From Bacteroidetes bacterium SB0662_bin_6 (GTDB lineage Bacteria; Bacteroidota; Rhodothermia; Rhodothermales; VXPQ01), in the NCBI GenBank assembly GCA_009839485.1, contig VXPQ01000001.1, forward strand, positions 34,711 to 98,710: a stretch of 64,000 nt of DNA, written 5' to 3'. The notes beneath the pieces were generated by a model that saw nothing but the letters and a program-made list of their open reading frames with translations, was not told the DNA's origin and ran no database searches. Each line of letters starts with the position of its first letter. Position 1 is the stretch's first letter. The position numbers were made by a program, and so were the translations under genes. Positions 45,622-55,914 of the stretch are shown here, in pieces.

Positions 45622-45870
45622 GGCAACCGTTTCGTTCGACGTCCGTTAACGGGGCCTCGCCCCAAGCGTACTTGCCTTCCCTTTACATACCGCCTGAAAA
45701 CCGGGTTCCGTCCTGCCCGACCATGACGCCTTTCTGCAACGCATGGTGACAGGAACCGGAAGCCATTCGCCGGATTTACCCTTTGTGGCGCCGGTTGTAC
45801 CTTGCGGGCCTGCCGATGTGCGCATGCCTTCCGCATCACGCATCTTCACAAAATATTCTCACTCTACGTC

Positions 45871-47346
45871 ATGCCTCCCACCCCACTCTATCATTATATC
45901 GAAGGCGATTGGCGCCTCCGCCGGGAAAGCTCCCTGCTGGACGTGATCAATCCGGCCACCGCCGAGCCGTTGGCGCGGGTTCCGTTCTCCTCGAAGGAAG
46001 AGGTGGACCATGCCGTGCAGGCGGCGCACAAGGCATTCCCTGCATGGCGGGCTACGCCAATCACGGAACGCATACAACACCTTTTCCGACTCAAGCAACT
46101 GCTGGAAGAACACGTCGAAGACCTTGCCCGGACCATCACGAACGAATGCGGCAAGACTTTCCGGGAAAGCCTGGGCGAGCTCCGGCGCGGCATCGAAAAC
46201 GTGGAGGTGGCTATCGGAACGCCCATACTCATGCAGGGCGTGAACAACGAGGACATTGCGCGCGGCATCGACGAGCACATGATCCGGCAACCGCTGGGCG
46301 TGACCACCGCCATTACCCCGTTTAATTTTCCGGGCATGATCCCCTTGTGGTTTCTGCCCTACGCCGTCGCTACCGGCAATTGCTTCATCCTGAAGCCGAG
46401 CGAACGCGTCCCTATGACCAGCGCCCGGCTATTCGACCTGATCGACCAATGCGGCTTTCCGTCGGGTGTGCTGCAACTCGTGCACGGTAGCAAAGACACG
46501 GTGGATGCGCTCCTCGATCATCCGCTGGTGCGCGCCGTGAGTTTCGTAGGATCCACGCCGGTGGCGCGATATATCTACGGCAGGGCGGCCGCTTCGGGTA
46601 AACGCGCGCAATGCCAGGGAGGCGCCAAGAACCCGGTGGTGATCATGCCGGATGCGGACATGGACATGACGACGCAGATCATGGCCGACTCCGCGTTCGG
46701 GTGCGCCGGACAGCGATGCCTCGCCGCTTCCGTAGCCGTAACGGTAGGAAGCGCAGGCAAGGAATTTACCGAACGAATCGCGGAGGCCGCCGCAGCCCGC
46801 CGGGTGGGCTACGGTCTGGACGAGGACGTACAAATGGGGCCCGTGATTTCCGAGCAAAGCAGGCAGCGCATCGAAGAACTCATCGAAACGGGTGCGAAAG
46901 AGGGCGCCCGGGTCGTAGTGGACGGGCGGGGCAGGCAAGTCGGAGGCTACGAAGACGGGTATTTTCTTTTCCCCTCCGTGCTTTCGGATATTCCCCCGGC
47001 AAGCACGCTGTCCCGGATCGAGGTGTTCGGCCCGGTACTGAGCCTTTCCCATGTCGAGACCCTCGACGAGGCTATCCGGTTCGTAAACAACCGTCCCTAC
47101 GGAAACATGGCCTGCATCTTCACAAGCAGCGGGGCGCATGCGCGCCAATTCCGCTACGAAGCGGACGCCGGCAACATCGGCGTCAACATCGGCGTGGCCG
47201 CCCCGATGGCCTTCTTCCCGTTCAGCGGCTGGAACGAAAGTTTCTTCGGGGACTTGCATGCGCAGTCCCGGCACGGCGTGGAGTTCTACACGCAAACGAA
47301 AGTGGTGGTGGAACGCTGGCCGAGCGAATGGACCCGCACCTTCTGA
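45871..47346 (+). CDS. iolA: CoA-acylating methylmalonate/malonate-semialdehyde dehydrogenase
   Basis: Internal ATG at 45871 ([14 protein letters not shown]..). ..[34 protein letters not shown].., ..GGAKN.., ..AGQRCLA.. are ALDH/MmsA motifs. Confidence 0.85.
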   Translation: MPPTPLYHYIEGDWRLRRESSLLDVINPATAEPLARVPFSSKEEVDHAVQAAHKAFPAWRATPITERIQHLFRLKQLLEEHVEDLARTITNECGKTFRESLGELRRGIENVEVAIGTPILMQGVNNEDIARGIDEHMIRQPLGVTTAITPFNFPGMIPLWFLPYAVATGNCFILKPSERVPMTSARLFDLIDQCGFPSGVLQLVHGSKDTVDALLDHPLVRAVSFVGSTPVARYIYGRAAASGKRAQCQGGAKNPVVIMPDADMDMTTQIMADSAFGCAGQRCLAASVAVTVGSAGKEFTERIAEAAAARRVGYGLDEDVQMGPVISEQSRQRIEELIETGAKEGARVVVDGRGRQVGGYEDGYFLFPSVLSDIPPASTLSRIEVFGPVLSLSHVETLDEAIRFVNNRPYGNMACIFTSSGAHARQFRYEADAGNIGVNIGVAAPMAFFPFSGWNESFFGDLHAQSRHGVEFYTQTKVVVERWPSEWTRTF

Positions 47347-47361
47347 TTTTTCCGGCCAAAT

Positions 47362-48321
47362 ATGTCCGAACGAACGTTTGACGTCATCAGCCTGGGGCGG
47401 CTGGCGATCGACCTGTACGCCGACGAGATCGGCGTGGAACTGTCCCGCGTACGGCATTTCAGTGTCTATGCCGGGGGATGCCCGACCAACTTTGCCACCG
47501 GCGCGGCCCGGCTGGGCCTGCGTGTGGCGATGGCCTCCCGGATCGGCACGGATGGCTTGAGCGACGGCCTGATCGACTTTCTGACGAAAGAAGGCGTCGA
47601 TACCCGGTATGTCGTCCGCGATCCGGAGCACTTGACCGGGCTGGCTTTTCTGAGCATCCTCCCCCCCGACACGTTCCCGCTCGTGTACTACCGCCCCGAT
47701 CCGGCCGATATGCACATGACGGCAGAGGATATTGCTCCGATCGCTTTCGACGATGCGAACGCGCTGTTCGTGGCGGGGACCCGGTTCAGCGGCGAGCCCG
47801 CCCGAAGCGCCACGCTGCACGCTATGGAGCTCGCCCGCGCGGCAGGCGCCGAAATCATCCTCGATATAGACCGGCGGCCCACGCTCTGGGCGGACCTTGA
47901 CGCCTTCGGCAAACATCTTCGCAACGCCCTCCCTCTCGTGGACATCGCCATCGGAACCGAGGACGAAATCACCGCCGCGGCCGACCGGCCCAGTGTCGAG
48001 GAGGCCGTACCCGTACTGCTCGATCTGGTGCAGCGCGCCGTCGCCGTCAAGCGGGGGGAAAGGGGCTCGGAGGTGTATACCAAAGACGGAGGCGTGCATC
48101 GCGCGGCCCCGTTTTCCGTGGAGATACTCAATGTGCTTGGCGCCGGGGACGCCTGGGCCGCCGGATTCGTCTACGCCTTTTTGCAGGGATGGACATGGGA
48201 GAAATGCGCCCGGTTCGGCAACGCTACCGGAGCCATCATCGTGACGCGCCATGCCTGCGCGAACGACATGCCCACGCAGGACGAAGCAGTTTCCTTTATC
48301 GAGGAGCAAGGGGGATTCTGA
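47362..48321 (+). CDS. iolC: 5-dehydro-2-deoxygluconokinase-like PfkB sugar kinase
   Basis: FDVISLGRLAIDLYA.., ..AGGCPTNFATGAARLGL.., ..LDIDRRPTLW.., ..VLGAGDAWAAGFVYAFL.. parallel IolC along the full length. Confidence 0.75.
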   Translation: MSERTFDVISLGRLAIDLYADEIGVELSRVRHFSVYAGGCPTNFATGAARLGLRVAMASRIGTDGLSDGLIDFLTKEGVDTRYVVRDPEHLTGLAFLSILPPDTFPLVYYRPDPADMHMTAEDIAPIAFDDANALFVAGTRFSGEPARSATLHAMELARAAGAEIILDIDRRPTLWADLDAFGKHLRNALPLVDIAIGTEDEITAAADRPSVEEAVPVLLDLVQRAVAVKRGERGSEVYTKDGGVHRAAPFSVEILNVLGAGDAWAAGFVYAFLQGWTWEKCARFGNATGAIIVTRHACANDMPTQDEAVSFIEEQGGF

Positions 48322-49316
48322 TGGGGACTGCATTCATTCGGGCAGACGAGGAAACCCGCAAGGACGAAAATCCCAAGGACCGGCCCGCGGCGCGCCTTGC
48401 GATCGAGCGGCATTTGAGCCGGTGTGCGGGAGCAGAAGGGGTGTTTACCATACTCGCCATCGATCACCGGGCCAATCTTGCAGAGGATATGGCCACCGCA
48501 CGGGGCCGCCCTGTAAGCAGACAGGACCTCCTGACATTCAAGCGGGCGGCGATCCAAGGACTTGCCGGTTCGTACAGCGCCGTGCTGGCCGATCCGGATT
48601 ATGGCTTCCTTGCTCTCGAAAATATGCCCGCGGATATGCCCGGCAACCCCGAAAGCGAATTCGGCCTCCTTGCCCCCCTGGAAATCACCGACTACAGCGC
48701 GCATCCAAGCCGCCGGGAAACGAAATTCATCGAAAACTGGGGGGTAGAGGAAATCGTCCGTTCCGGCGGCAATGGGGCCAAACTGCTGTTGTTTTTTCAC
48801 CCGGAATCCGCGCGAGCCCGCGCGCAAACGGAACTGGTCGACCGGATCGGGGCACAGTGCCGCGCCTGCAGCCTGCCGTTCTTTCTGGAACCGGTGGCCT
48901 GCTCGCTCAAACCCGACCAGACCCTTTCCAATGAGGAACGCACACAGGTCACGGTGGAAACCGCACGGCATTTTTCGCAACGCAGCGTGGATGTGCTGAA
49001 AGTGCCCTTCCCCCTGAATCCCGATGTGTCCCCGGATACCTGGAAACCGGCGCTCCGGGACCTCGACGAAGCCTGCACGGTCCCGTGGACGCTATTGAGC
49101 GGGGGCGTATCGTTCGAATTGTTCGCCAAACAGGCGGAGGCAGCGTGCCGGGCCGGGGCCAGCGGAGTCATTGCGGGGCGGGCCGTCTGGGGCGAGGGGG
49201 TGTCATTGGAAGGCGAGGCCCTGGATACTTTCATGAAGACCACTGCCCGCAAGCGTATGGAAACCCTTGCTGCGCTGTGCAACCGGTACGGGACCCCCTG
49301 GCATGCCCGGTCGTAA
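48321..49316 (+). CDS. LacD-family class I aldolase (tagatose-bisphosphate aldolase-like; probable 5-dehydro-2-deoxyphosphogluconate aldolase role)
   Basis: ATG overlaps the iolC stop (TGATG, 48319-48323). ILAIDHRANL, VLADPDYGF, LPFFLEPV, VDVLKVPFPLN, LLSGGVSFELF, GVIAGRAVWG align block by block with LacD. Confidence 0.75.
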   Translation: MGTAFIRADEETRKDENPKDRPAARLAIERHLSRCAGAEGVFTILAIDHRANLAEDMATARGRPVSRQDLLTFKRAAIQGLAGSYSAVLADPDYGFLALENMPADMPGNPESEFGLLAPLEITDYSAHPSRRETKFIENWGVEEIVRSGGNGAKLLLFFHPESARARAQTELVDRIGAQCRACSLPFFLEPVACSLKPDQTLSNEERTQVTVETARHFSQRSVDVLKVPFPLNPDVSPDTWKPALRDLDEACTVPWTLLSGGVSFELFAKQAEAACRAGASGVIAGRAVWGEGVSLEGEALDTFMKTTARKRMETLAALCNRYGTPWHARS

Positions 49317-49327
49317 CGCCCCGGTCT

Positions 49328-49484
49328 GCAAAATCGCAACCGAGAACAGGGACCTTGGGACGCGCATTCGAACAAAACATAGGGCCCGGGATATCCTGCA
49401 AACCCGCGGCCAACCGCACGTTTATGTTTTGAGAGAAGACGCGTCCCAAGGTCCTCGTCCATGCGGATTTAATCAGAGGTTCCT
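49328..49484 (+). repeat. copy B of the structured element (right-hand 157 nt only)
   Basis: 150/157 identical to 9915-10071 with no indels (hand alignment). Carries the right terminal repeat TGCGGATTTAATCAGAGGTTCC but lacks the left ~90 nt of copy A. Confidence 0.65.
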
Positions 49485-49515
49485 ATATCAATAACCTATA
49501 TCAATCGGTAACAGG

Positions 49516-50883
49516 ATGGCGACGCAAAATACCTTCACCATCATCCGGCGCGGCGCCGAGCGCCTGCTGCACATTGCCGGAGACGCACCGAACGGATTCC
49601 AGGGCGAACGAGCCGCAAACGGACTGCACGGTCCCCTCAATGCGCACAATGCCCGGGCCCTTCGGGAGACGCTCCCATGGACGGCGCCGGAACTCACAGG
49701 TCTGCGCAAATCGTTCGGGTTCGGAGACCGGCTGGGTATCGCCACACCCGGACACCTCGACGCGCTCGAAGCCGTGCAGGAAAGCGGCTTCTTTCCGGTT
49801 CTCCCGCAGCAATCCATGCGTGAAATGGCGCGGGCCCGGCGCAGCCCCCAACAGGTCATGGACGATGTTACCTGGGCCGTGCTCGAAACCGGATACCGGG
49901 GCGGATTCGGCTGCGACGCCGACCATGTCAAGACCGAGGCGGAAATCGACCGGTGCATCGACGCGGGCTTCATCGGCTTCACGCTCGACCCGGGGCAATA
50001 CGTGTACCCCGCCGCCGATACGGAGAACAGCGCTGCGCTACAGCAGCATCTGGCCGAACTGCCCTGGGATATCCTGCAAAGCAATCCGAAGGACCATCGC
50101 AATCTTTACGTAATCGGGCAGGCGGCGGATACATTCTCTGAAGAAGCCTACCTGCGGGCCGCGGTCAAGTACGGCGCGGCGCTGGCGCAAACGGCCCGGC
50201 TCCATGCACACCTGCGCAGCCGCTTCGGCGCAATCCCCTTCGATCTCGAGGTCTCGGTCGACGAAACGGACACGCCCACCACTCCGGAGCAACACCGCTT
50301 CATTACGCTGGAACTGCACCGGCTCGGTATCGACTTCATCGGCCTTGCCCCCCGATTCGTCGGAGATTTTTACAAGGGCGTGGATTATGTGGGCGATGTG
50401 GACGCGTTCGACAAGGACTACGCCACCCATGCCGCCATTGCGGAATCACTCGGCCCCTACAAACTGAGCGTGCATTCCGGCAGCGACAAACTGGCCATCT
50501 ACCCGTATATCCAGCGGCGCACGCCGGAATACGTCCATGTCAAAACCTCCGGCACCAGTTGGCTGGAGGCCTTGCGCGTCATCGCAAAGTGCGCGCCGGG
50601 CCTCTTCCGCCGCATTCTGGACCTGGCCGTGGACGGGTATGCTACGAACCGCCAGAGCTACCATCTGGACGGGCGCATCGAACGGATCCCGGACGTGGAC
50701 GATGGCGCCCTGCCGACCCTGCTCGACGATCATCACGCCCGACAGGTAGTTCATGTGGCGTTCGGCGCGGTCCTCGAAACATACTACGACGAGGTGTATG
50801 CGGTACTTACCGAGCACACCGATGCACACCGGGAAGGCGTCCGGCGGCATTTCGAGAAGCATCTGGCGCCGTTCCGGGCATAA
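49516..50883 (+). CDS. UxaE-like (tagaturonate/fructuronate epimerase family) TIM-barrel protein
   Basis: Size (455 aa) and blocks ..SFGFGDRLGIATPGH.., ..GFGCDADHVK.., ..KLSVHSGSDK.. match my recollection of the UxaE family. Needs an HMM check. Confidence 0.5.
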   Translation: MATQNTFTIIRRGAERLLHIAGDAPNGFQGERAANGLHGPLNAHNARALRETLPWTAPELTGLRKSFGFGDRLGIATPGHLDALEAVQESGFFPVLPQQSMREMARARRSPQQVMDDVTWAVLETGYRGGFGCDADHVKTEAEIDRCIDAGFIGFTLDPGQYVYPAADTENSAALQQHLAELPWDILQSNPKDHRNLYVIGQAADTFSEEAYLRAAVKYGAALAQTARLHAHLRSRFGAIPFDLEVSVDETDTPTTPEQHRFITLELHRLGIDFIGLAPRFVGDFYKGVDYVGDVDAFDKDYATHAAIAESLGPYKLSVHSGSDKLAIYPYIQRRTPEYVHVKTSGTSWLEALRVIAKCAPGLFRRILDLAVDGYATNRQSYHLDGRIERIPDVDDGALPTLLDDHHARQVVHVAFGAVLETYYDEVYAVLTEHTDAHREGVRRHFEKHLAPFRA

Positions 50884-50895
50884 TGGCAGCGTACC

Positions 50896-51555
50896 CTATG
50901 TAAGCAGCACGGTGAGGCTGCGGGGGCCGTGCGCCCCGATTACCAGGGCTTGTTCGATGTCGGCGGTCTTGGACGGGCCCGCGACAAACACGCCATAGCC
51001 CTCCCGGGCCACATCGAGGCGATCATAGGCTGCGTGCATGTCCGGCACAATGGCGTTTTTGTCCAGCACAAGCATCAGGTGCTGCGTCAGAAACGGGGCC
51101 GCCCGCGACCCCATCGCGGATTCGCCCAGCCATACGGCCCCGTTCTCCGCCACGCCGAATTCGCCGGGGCACACCAGCACGTCGAGCCGGGCCATGGTGT
51201 GCGTATCGGTGTGGGCGTCGATCCGGTCGAAGGACCACGCCGGAGCCGTCGCCGCGATGAAAGCGGCCTCCGGGAAGCGCTCCCGCACCGCCGCCTCCAC
51301 GCCGCCCGTCTCCACGATCTGTACGGCTGCGGCAGCGGCCTCCACCGAGACCATGAACCGGGAAACCTGATCGCCTGTATCGGGATCCCGCACGCCGGTG
51401 ATGGCCGGAAGGGGCACGGACGGCAGTCCGGCGCGGCGCACCGCATCAAGAATGGCTTGGCGGGCCGGGGATCCATGTTCGGCCCTGTCTAAAGCGTTAT
51501 GTCGGCGCTTTCGGCTCATCTTTTTGCGGCGCCTTCGGGACAATGGATCATACAT
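50896..51555 (-). CDS. lutC: lactate utilisation protein C (LUD domain)
   Basis: Follows lutB. ..ARQAILDAVRRA.., ..VLVCPGEFGVAENGAVWL.., ..HLMLV.. are present. Start is ATG at 51555 or 51519. Confidence 0.7.
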   Translation of the reverse strand: MYDPLSRRRRKKMSRKRRHNALDRAEHGSPARQAILDAVRRAGLPSVPLPAITGVRDPDTGDQVSRFMVSVEAAAAAVQIVETGGVEAAVRERFPEAAFIAATAPAWSFDRIDAHTDTHTMARLDVLVCPGEFGVAENGAVWLGESAMGSRAAPFLTQHLMLVLDKNAIVPDMHAAYDRLDVAREGYGVFVAGPSKTADIEQALVIGAHGPRSLTVLLT

Positions 51556-51586
51556 CCGCCCAAGGCGCAATCGTGTTCCTTTCGTT

Positions 51587-52984
51587 TCATTCCTTCCCCC
51601 GCTCCGCGGCATACCATTCGCCAAACGACCGGCCGGGACGTTCCGGAAGCTCCCGCGCCCGTCCCCAGGCATTCCAGCGCGTGTAGACCAGGCGGCGCGG
51701 CGCATACCGCAGAAAACTCCGGGCCAACCGGCCCGCCAGCCGGTACCGGCCCGGCCGCCGGGTAATCCATCCGGCCATTTTCATCCCCAGGCGTTTGCCC
51801 CGGGAAATATGCCCCTCGCGCACCGCCACCTGACGCCACCGGTAGAGCTGGGCATGGATATCGATCTTGACCGGGCATACGTCGCTGCACGAACCGCACA
51901 GCGACGAGGCGAACGGGAGCGCAGCGTACTGCTTCATATCCCTGCCGGGCGCCAGAATCGCCCCGATCGGACCGGATGGCGTGGCTCCGTAGCTATGACC
52001 CCCGCTGCGCCGGTACACCGGGCAGGTGTTCAGGCACGCCCCGCACCGTATGCACTTGAGCGAAGCACGAAAATCCTCCCGCGCCAAATGGCGCGTGCGC
52101 CCGTTGTCCACGAGCACAATATGGAGTTCGCCACCCGGCGCCGGACGGTGAAAATGCGACGTGTAGATGGAAAGAGGCTGCCCGGTGGCGCTGCGGGACA
52201 AGAGGCGCAGAAAAACGCTCAGGTGCTCCGGTTGCGGAATAAGTTTCTCGATGCCCATGCAGGCAATGTGTACCGGCGCCAGATGCACCCCCAGGTCCGC
52301 ATTCCCCTCGTTGGTCACCACCACCAGCCCGCCGGTGGCGGCCACCGCGAAATTGACGCCTGTGATCGCGGCGTCGGCGCTCAGGAAACGGGCGCGCAGA
52401 TCCTGGCGCATGGCTCCGGCCAGAAACTGCGGATCGGACGATCCTGCGGGCGTGCCCAGCTTCTCGTGAAACAGTACGGAAATCTCCTCTCTCCGGATAT
52501 GTATCGCCGGCGCCACAAGATGACTGGGAGGCTCCTCCCTGAGCTGCACGATGCGTTCACCCAGATCCGTATCCACGACTTCGAGACCGCGCGCTTCGAG
52601 ATACGGGTTCAGGTGGCATTCCTCCGTCAGCATGGACTTGCTCTTGACCACGCGGCGGACCCCCCGCGCTTCCAGCAAATCGTACACGATGCGGTTGTGC
52701 GCCTCCGCGTCCGAGGCCCAGTGGACCTGCACGCCGTTCGCCGTGGCGCAGGCTTCGAACTCAACCAGATATTCGTCCAGTTTCGACAGCGTGTGTTCCT
52801 TGATCTGCGAGGCAAGCTCACGCAGCCGTTCCCACCCTTCCACATTCTCCGAAACCGCATCACGCTTTTCACGGATGCGCCAGAGCACGGAATCGTGCCA
52901 GGTTACCTGCTCGCTATCGGCATTGAAGCGCGCCGCCCGGTCGGAATGATCGACGGGACCGGCATGCTGTGCAGCGTCATGCAT
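51587..52984 (-). CDS. lutB: lactate utilisation protein B (4Fe-4S LUD-domain protein)
   Basis: ATG at 52984 (the track start is GTG). CIRCGACLNTCPVY and CGSCSDVCPVKI are ferredoxin motifs. Confidence 0.85.
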   Translation of the reverse strand: MHDAAQHAGPVDHSDRAARFNADSEQVTWHDSVLWRIREKRDAVSENVEGWERLRELASQIKEHTLSKLDEYLVEFEACATANGVQVHWASDAEAHNRIVYDLLEARGVRRVVKSKSMLTEECHLNPYLEARGLEVVDTDLGERIVQLREEPPSHLVAPAIHIRREEISVLFHEKLGTPAGSSDPQFLAGAMRQDLRARFLSADAAITGVNFAVAATGGLVVVTNEGNADLGVHLAPVHIACMGIEKLIPQPEHLSVFLRLLSRSATGQPLSIYTSHFHRPAPGGELHIVLVDNGRTRHLAREDFRASLKCIRCGACLNTCPVYRRSGGHSYGATPSGPIGAILAPGRDMKQYAALPFASSLCGSCSDVCPVKIDIHAQLYRWRQVAVREGHISRGKRLGMKMAGWITRRPGRYRLAGRLARSFLRYAPRRLVYTRWNAWGRARELPERPGRSFGEWYAAERGKE

Positions 52985-53705
52985 GATGCGCCTCCGCACT
53001 TCCGTTCAGAATCTCGGCCACATGCAGCACCCGCAACGGCATGTCCCGCCGGCGGATGAGCCCATCGAGATGCATCAGACAGGACATATCGGCGCCTGTG
53101 ATGACCTCTACGCCATGCCGCAAGTGGTCGTCGAGGCGATCGGCGCCCATCCGGACCGAAACCGCTTCTTCCTGCACCGCAAAGATCCCTCCGAATCCGC
53201 AACACTCGTCCGGGCGGCTCAGACCCACCAGGTCCAGCCCGTCTATCATGCCCAGAAGATGCGCCACATGATCGAACGGCGGCTCGCGGCGCTCTGACGA
53301 ACTTGCCAGGCGCAGCCCCCGGAGCCCATGGCAGGAGGCATGCAGACCCACCCGACCGGAAAAGGACGCATGCAGGCGGTCCACCTGCAACACTTCCACA
53401 AGAAACTGGCACAATTCGTAATACCGGACGGTGTCCGTCTGCTCGACATGCTCCCTCAGGTGCAACACGCAACTCCCCGAAGGCCCTACCACGTAATCGA
53501 ATTCCCGGAAGCAGGCGGCAGTATGCCGGTGCGTCGCCTCGGCGTCCTCTGCGCACCCGGAATTCGCCATCGGCTGGCCGCAGCACGTCTGCTCGCGGGG
53601 GTACGCCACGTCACACCCGAGACGCTCCAGCAATTCGAGCGTCGCGACCGCCACCCGCGGGTAGAACTGGTCGATATAACAGGGCACGAACAGGCCGACC
53701 TTCAT
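52977..53705 (-). CDS. lutA: lactate utilisation protein A ((Fe-S)-binding CCG-domain oxidoreductase)
   Basis: MKVGLFVPCYIDQFYPRVAVATLELLERLGCDV..TCCGQP.. and a second ..CCGFGG.. motif. ATGA overlap with rhaEW stop (53702-53705). Confidence 0.85.
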   Translation of the reverse strand: MKVGLFVPCYIDQFYPRVAVATLELLERLGCDVAYPREQTCCGQPMANSGCAEDAEATHRHTAACFREFDYVVGPSGSCVLHLREHVEQTDTVRYYELCQFLVEVLQVDRLHASFSGRVGLHASCHGLRGLRLASSSERREPPFDHVAHLLGMIDGLDLVGLSRPDECCGFGGIFAVQEEAVSVRMGADRLDDHLRHGVEVITGADMSCLMHLDGLIRRRDMPLRVLHVAEILNGSAEAHHA

Positions 53706-55861
53706 CGCAGGAACGCCTCCGGCAACCCGCCGTCCACTTGAAGAATCTGCCCGGTGGTTTTACCCAGACGGCGGCTCGCCAGCAGAAAAACGGCCTCGGC
53801 CTGATCTTCGACGAAAATGGTCTGGCGAGTAAGCGTACGCTCTGCATAGAAATCCGCCAGCCGGCGACGCAGCGTGTCCGTATCCTCCCCTTCCTCGCAG
53901 GGCAATCCGTACCGGGCCAGCGAATCCATGACGCGATCCCTCGGAAACATGGCGCTCCCGCCGAGGACCGTCGCAGGCGCCACGGCGTTGACGCGAATCT
54001 TCGGCGCCAGGCGCATGGCCAGTTCGCGCACGAGATGGTTTGCGGCGGCCTTGCTCGTGTCGTAGGCAAGGCTTCCCGACTTGACGACCACGGCATTGGC
54101 GCTCGTCGTCAGCACGAGGCTCCCCGGCAGGTCCTGCGCCGACCAAATCCGGGCCGCCTCGTCCGCCACGATCCAGGAGCCGGTCACATTCACGCCGAAC
54201 GCACGGGCCCAGGCCGTATCGGGGATATCGCCCCCGGCATCCGGGGTCGGATACAGCCCGGCCGTGACCACCACATGGTCTATCCCCCCGCAGGCCAGCA
54301 CCACTTGCTGCAACACGCTGCGCACCGACGCCCGGTCCGTGATGTCAGCGCCAAAAGCAAGCACATGGTCCGCATCCGTACCGCGCATTCCCTGCGCCGT
54401 GGCGCGGGCCGCGCTTTCGTCCAGATCGACCGCCGCCACTACCGCCCCCTCGTCCGCAAGACGCTGCGCCACCGCGACCCCTATCCCGCTGCCTGCCCCC
54501 ACAACGACCGCCACCTCGCGCGCCAGCTCTTTCTCGGGAGGCATGCGCTGCAGCTTCGCCTCCTCCAGCGCCCAGTATTCGATATCGAAGGCTTCCTGCC
54601 GGGGCAGCGCCGTATACGCGCCAATCGCTTCCGCACCGCGCATAACATGTATGGCGGCAGCGTAAAACTCCGCGGCAAGACCACTCTCCCGCCTGCTCTT
54701 GCCCCATCCGATCATGCCAACGCCCGGAAGAAGCAGCACCGACGGCAAGGCGCTGCGCATCGCCGGGGAATCCGGGTGACGGCACGCCTCATAATAGGCC
54801 GCGTAGTCGTCCGCGTAGCCGGACAGCGCCTCGTCGAGATGCTCCCTGAGCGCATCGGGACTCCCGTCCGCGGGATGCCGATCCACGTACAACGGCTTGA
54901 TTTTCGTGCGCAGAAAGTGATCGGGGCACGACGTGCCGAGTTCGGCGAGCCGGGACGCCTCGCGGGAATTCACAAATTCAAGCACCTCTTTCGACGTATC
55001 GACCGTAGCGATCACCTTCCGGTCCCGGCTCAGCCGCCCGCGCAGCCAGGGAAGCAGGTCCGCCAGCACGGCGCTGCGCTCCGCCTCGGAAAGCGCCTCG
55101 TACTTTTCGCCTCCGAACGGGGTTTTCCCGGCGGTACGCTCGGCCACGAATTGCTCCGCCCGGTCCATCAGGCGGAGCGTGAGCAAGTAACACTCCCTGT
55201 CGTCGTCGGCCCAGTTGATAAGGCCGTGCCCGCCCAGCATCACCCCCTTCGCCTCCGGGTATTCCTCGCAGACGCGCTGCATGTCGAGGCCCAACTCGAA
55301 TCCAGGCCGTTTCCAGTCCACCCATATCACCTCGCCGCCGTACGCCTCGCGCGTCAACTCGGCGCCGTTGTCCGCCGTGGCGATGGCGATGGCGGCCACC
55401 GGGTGCATGTGATCCACATGCCGATACGGTACGAACCCGTGCAGAGGCGTGTCGATGCTGGGCGCCCGCCGGTTCAGATTGAACACGGCATGCGAATACA
55501 TCGCAGGCATCGCATCCTCCGCCTGTGTCTTCAGGCCCCGGTCCGGAAACCGCGCATAGGTCTCCTGCAGGGCAAGCAGTTTATGCTGGTACAGGGAAGC
55601 AAAGTTTTCCCTGCCCGCGCTACCCAGATCACCGCCGGACCCTTTGACCCATAACACCTCCACCTCCTCGCCCGTAACCGGGTCCCGCTCCATGATCTTC
55701 GACGACGTGTTGCCGCCCCCGGTATTCGTGAAGCGCCGGTCGCTGCCCAGCAGATTCGAGCGATACACGAGGCGGCCCAGTCCGTCCAGCCCGGCGGCCA
55801 CGGCCTCGTCCCACTGGTCCTCTACATGCAGGAAATTCGGGGATTCGGAAGGGTTGTTCAT
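53702..55861 (-). CDS. rhaEW: bifunctional rhamnulose-1-phosphate aldolase / short-chain (lactaldehyde) dehydrogenase
   Basis: The track start at 55876 is TTG; ATG is at 55861. N-terminal class II aldolase/adducin domain (..FTNTGGGNTSSK..HMHP..) fused to a C-terminal SDR (..VVGAGSGIG..). Confidence 0.85.
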   Translation of the reverse strand: MNNPSESPNFLHVEDQWDEAVAAGLDGLGRLVYRSNLLGSDRRFTNTGGGNTSSKIMERDPVTGEEVEVLWVKGSGGDLGSAGRENFASLYQHKLLALQETYARFPDRGLKTQAEDAMPAMYSHAVFNLNRRAPSIDTPLHGFVPYRHVDHMHPVAAIAIATADNGAELTREAYGGEVIWVDWKRPGFELGLDMQRVCEEYPEAKGVMLGGHGLINWADDDRECYLLTLRLMDRAEQFVAERTAGKTPFGGEKYEALSEAERSAVLADLLPWLRGRLSRDRKVIATVDTSKEVLEFVNSREASRLAELGTSCPDHFLRTKIKPLYVDRHPADGSPDALREHLDEALSGYADDYAAYYEACRHPDSPAMRSALPSVLLLPGVGMIGWGKSRRESGLAAEFYAAAIHVMRGAEAIGAYTALPRQEAFDIEYWALEEAKLQRMPPEKELAREVAVVVGAGSGIGVAVAQRLADEGAVVAAVDLDESAARATAQGMRGTDADHVLAFGADITDRASVRSVLQQVVLACGGIDHVVVTAGLYPTPDAGGDIPDTAWARAFGVNVTGSWIVADEAARIWSAQDLPGSLVLTTSANAVVVKSGSLAYDTSKAAANHLVRELAMRLAPKIRVNAVAPATVLGGSAMFPRDRVMDSLARYGLPCEEGEDTDTLRRRLADFYAERTLTRQTIFVEDQAEAVFLLASRRLGKTTGQILQVDGGLPEAFLR

Positions 55862-55914
55862 AACGGCTATGTGCAAAAATGGAGTAAAAAAGGCGCAATT
55901 TGCGATATCACCTC

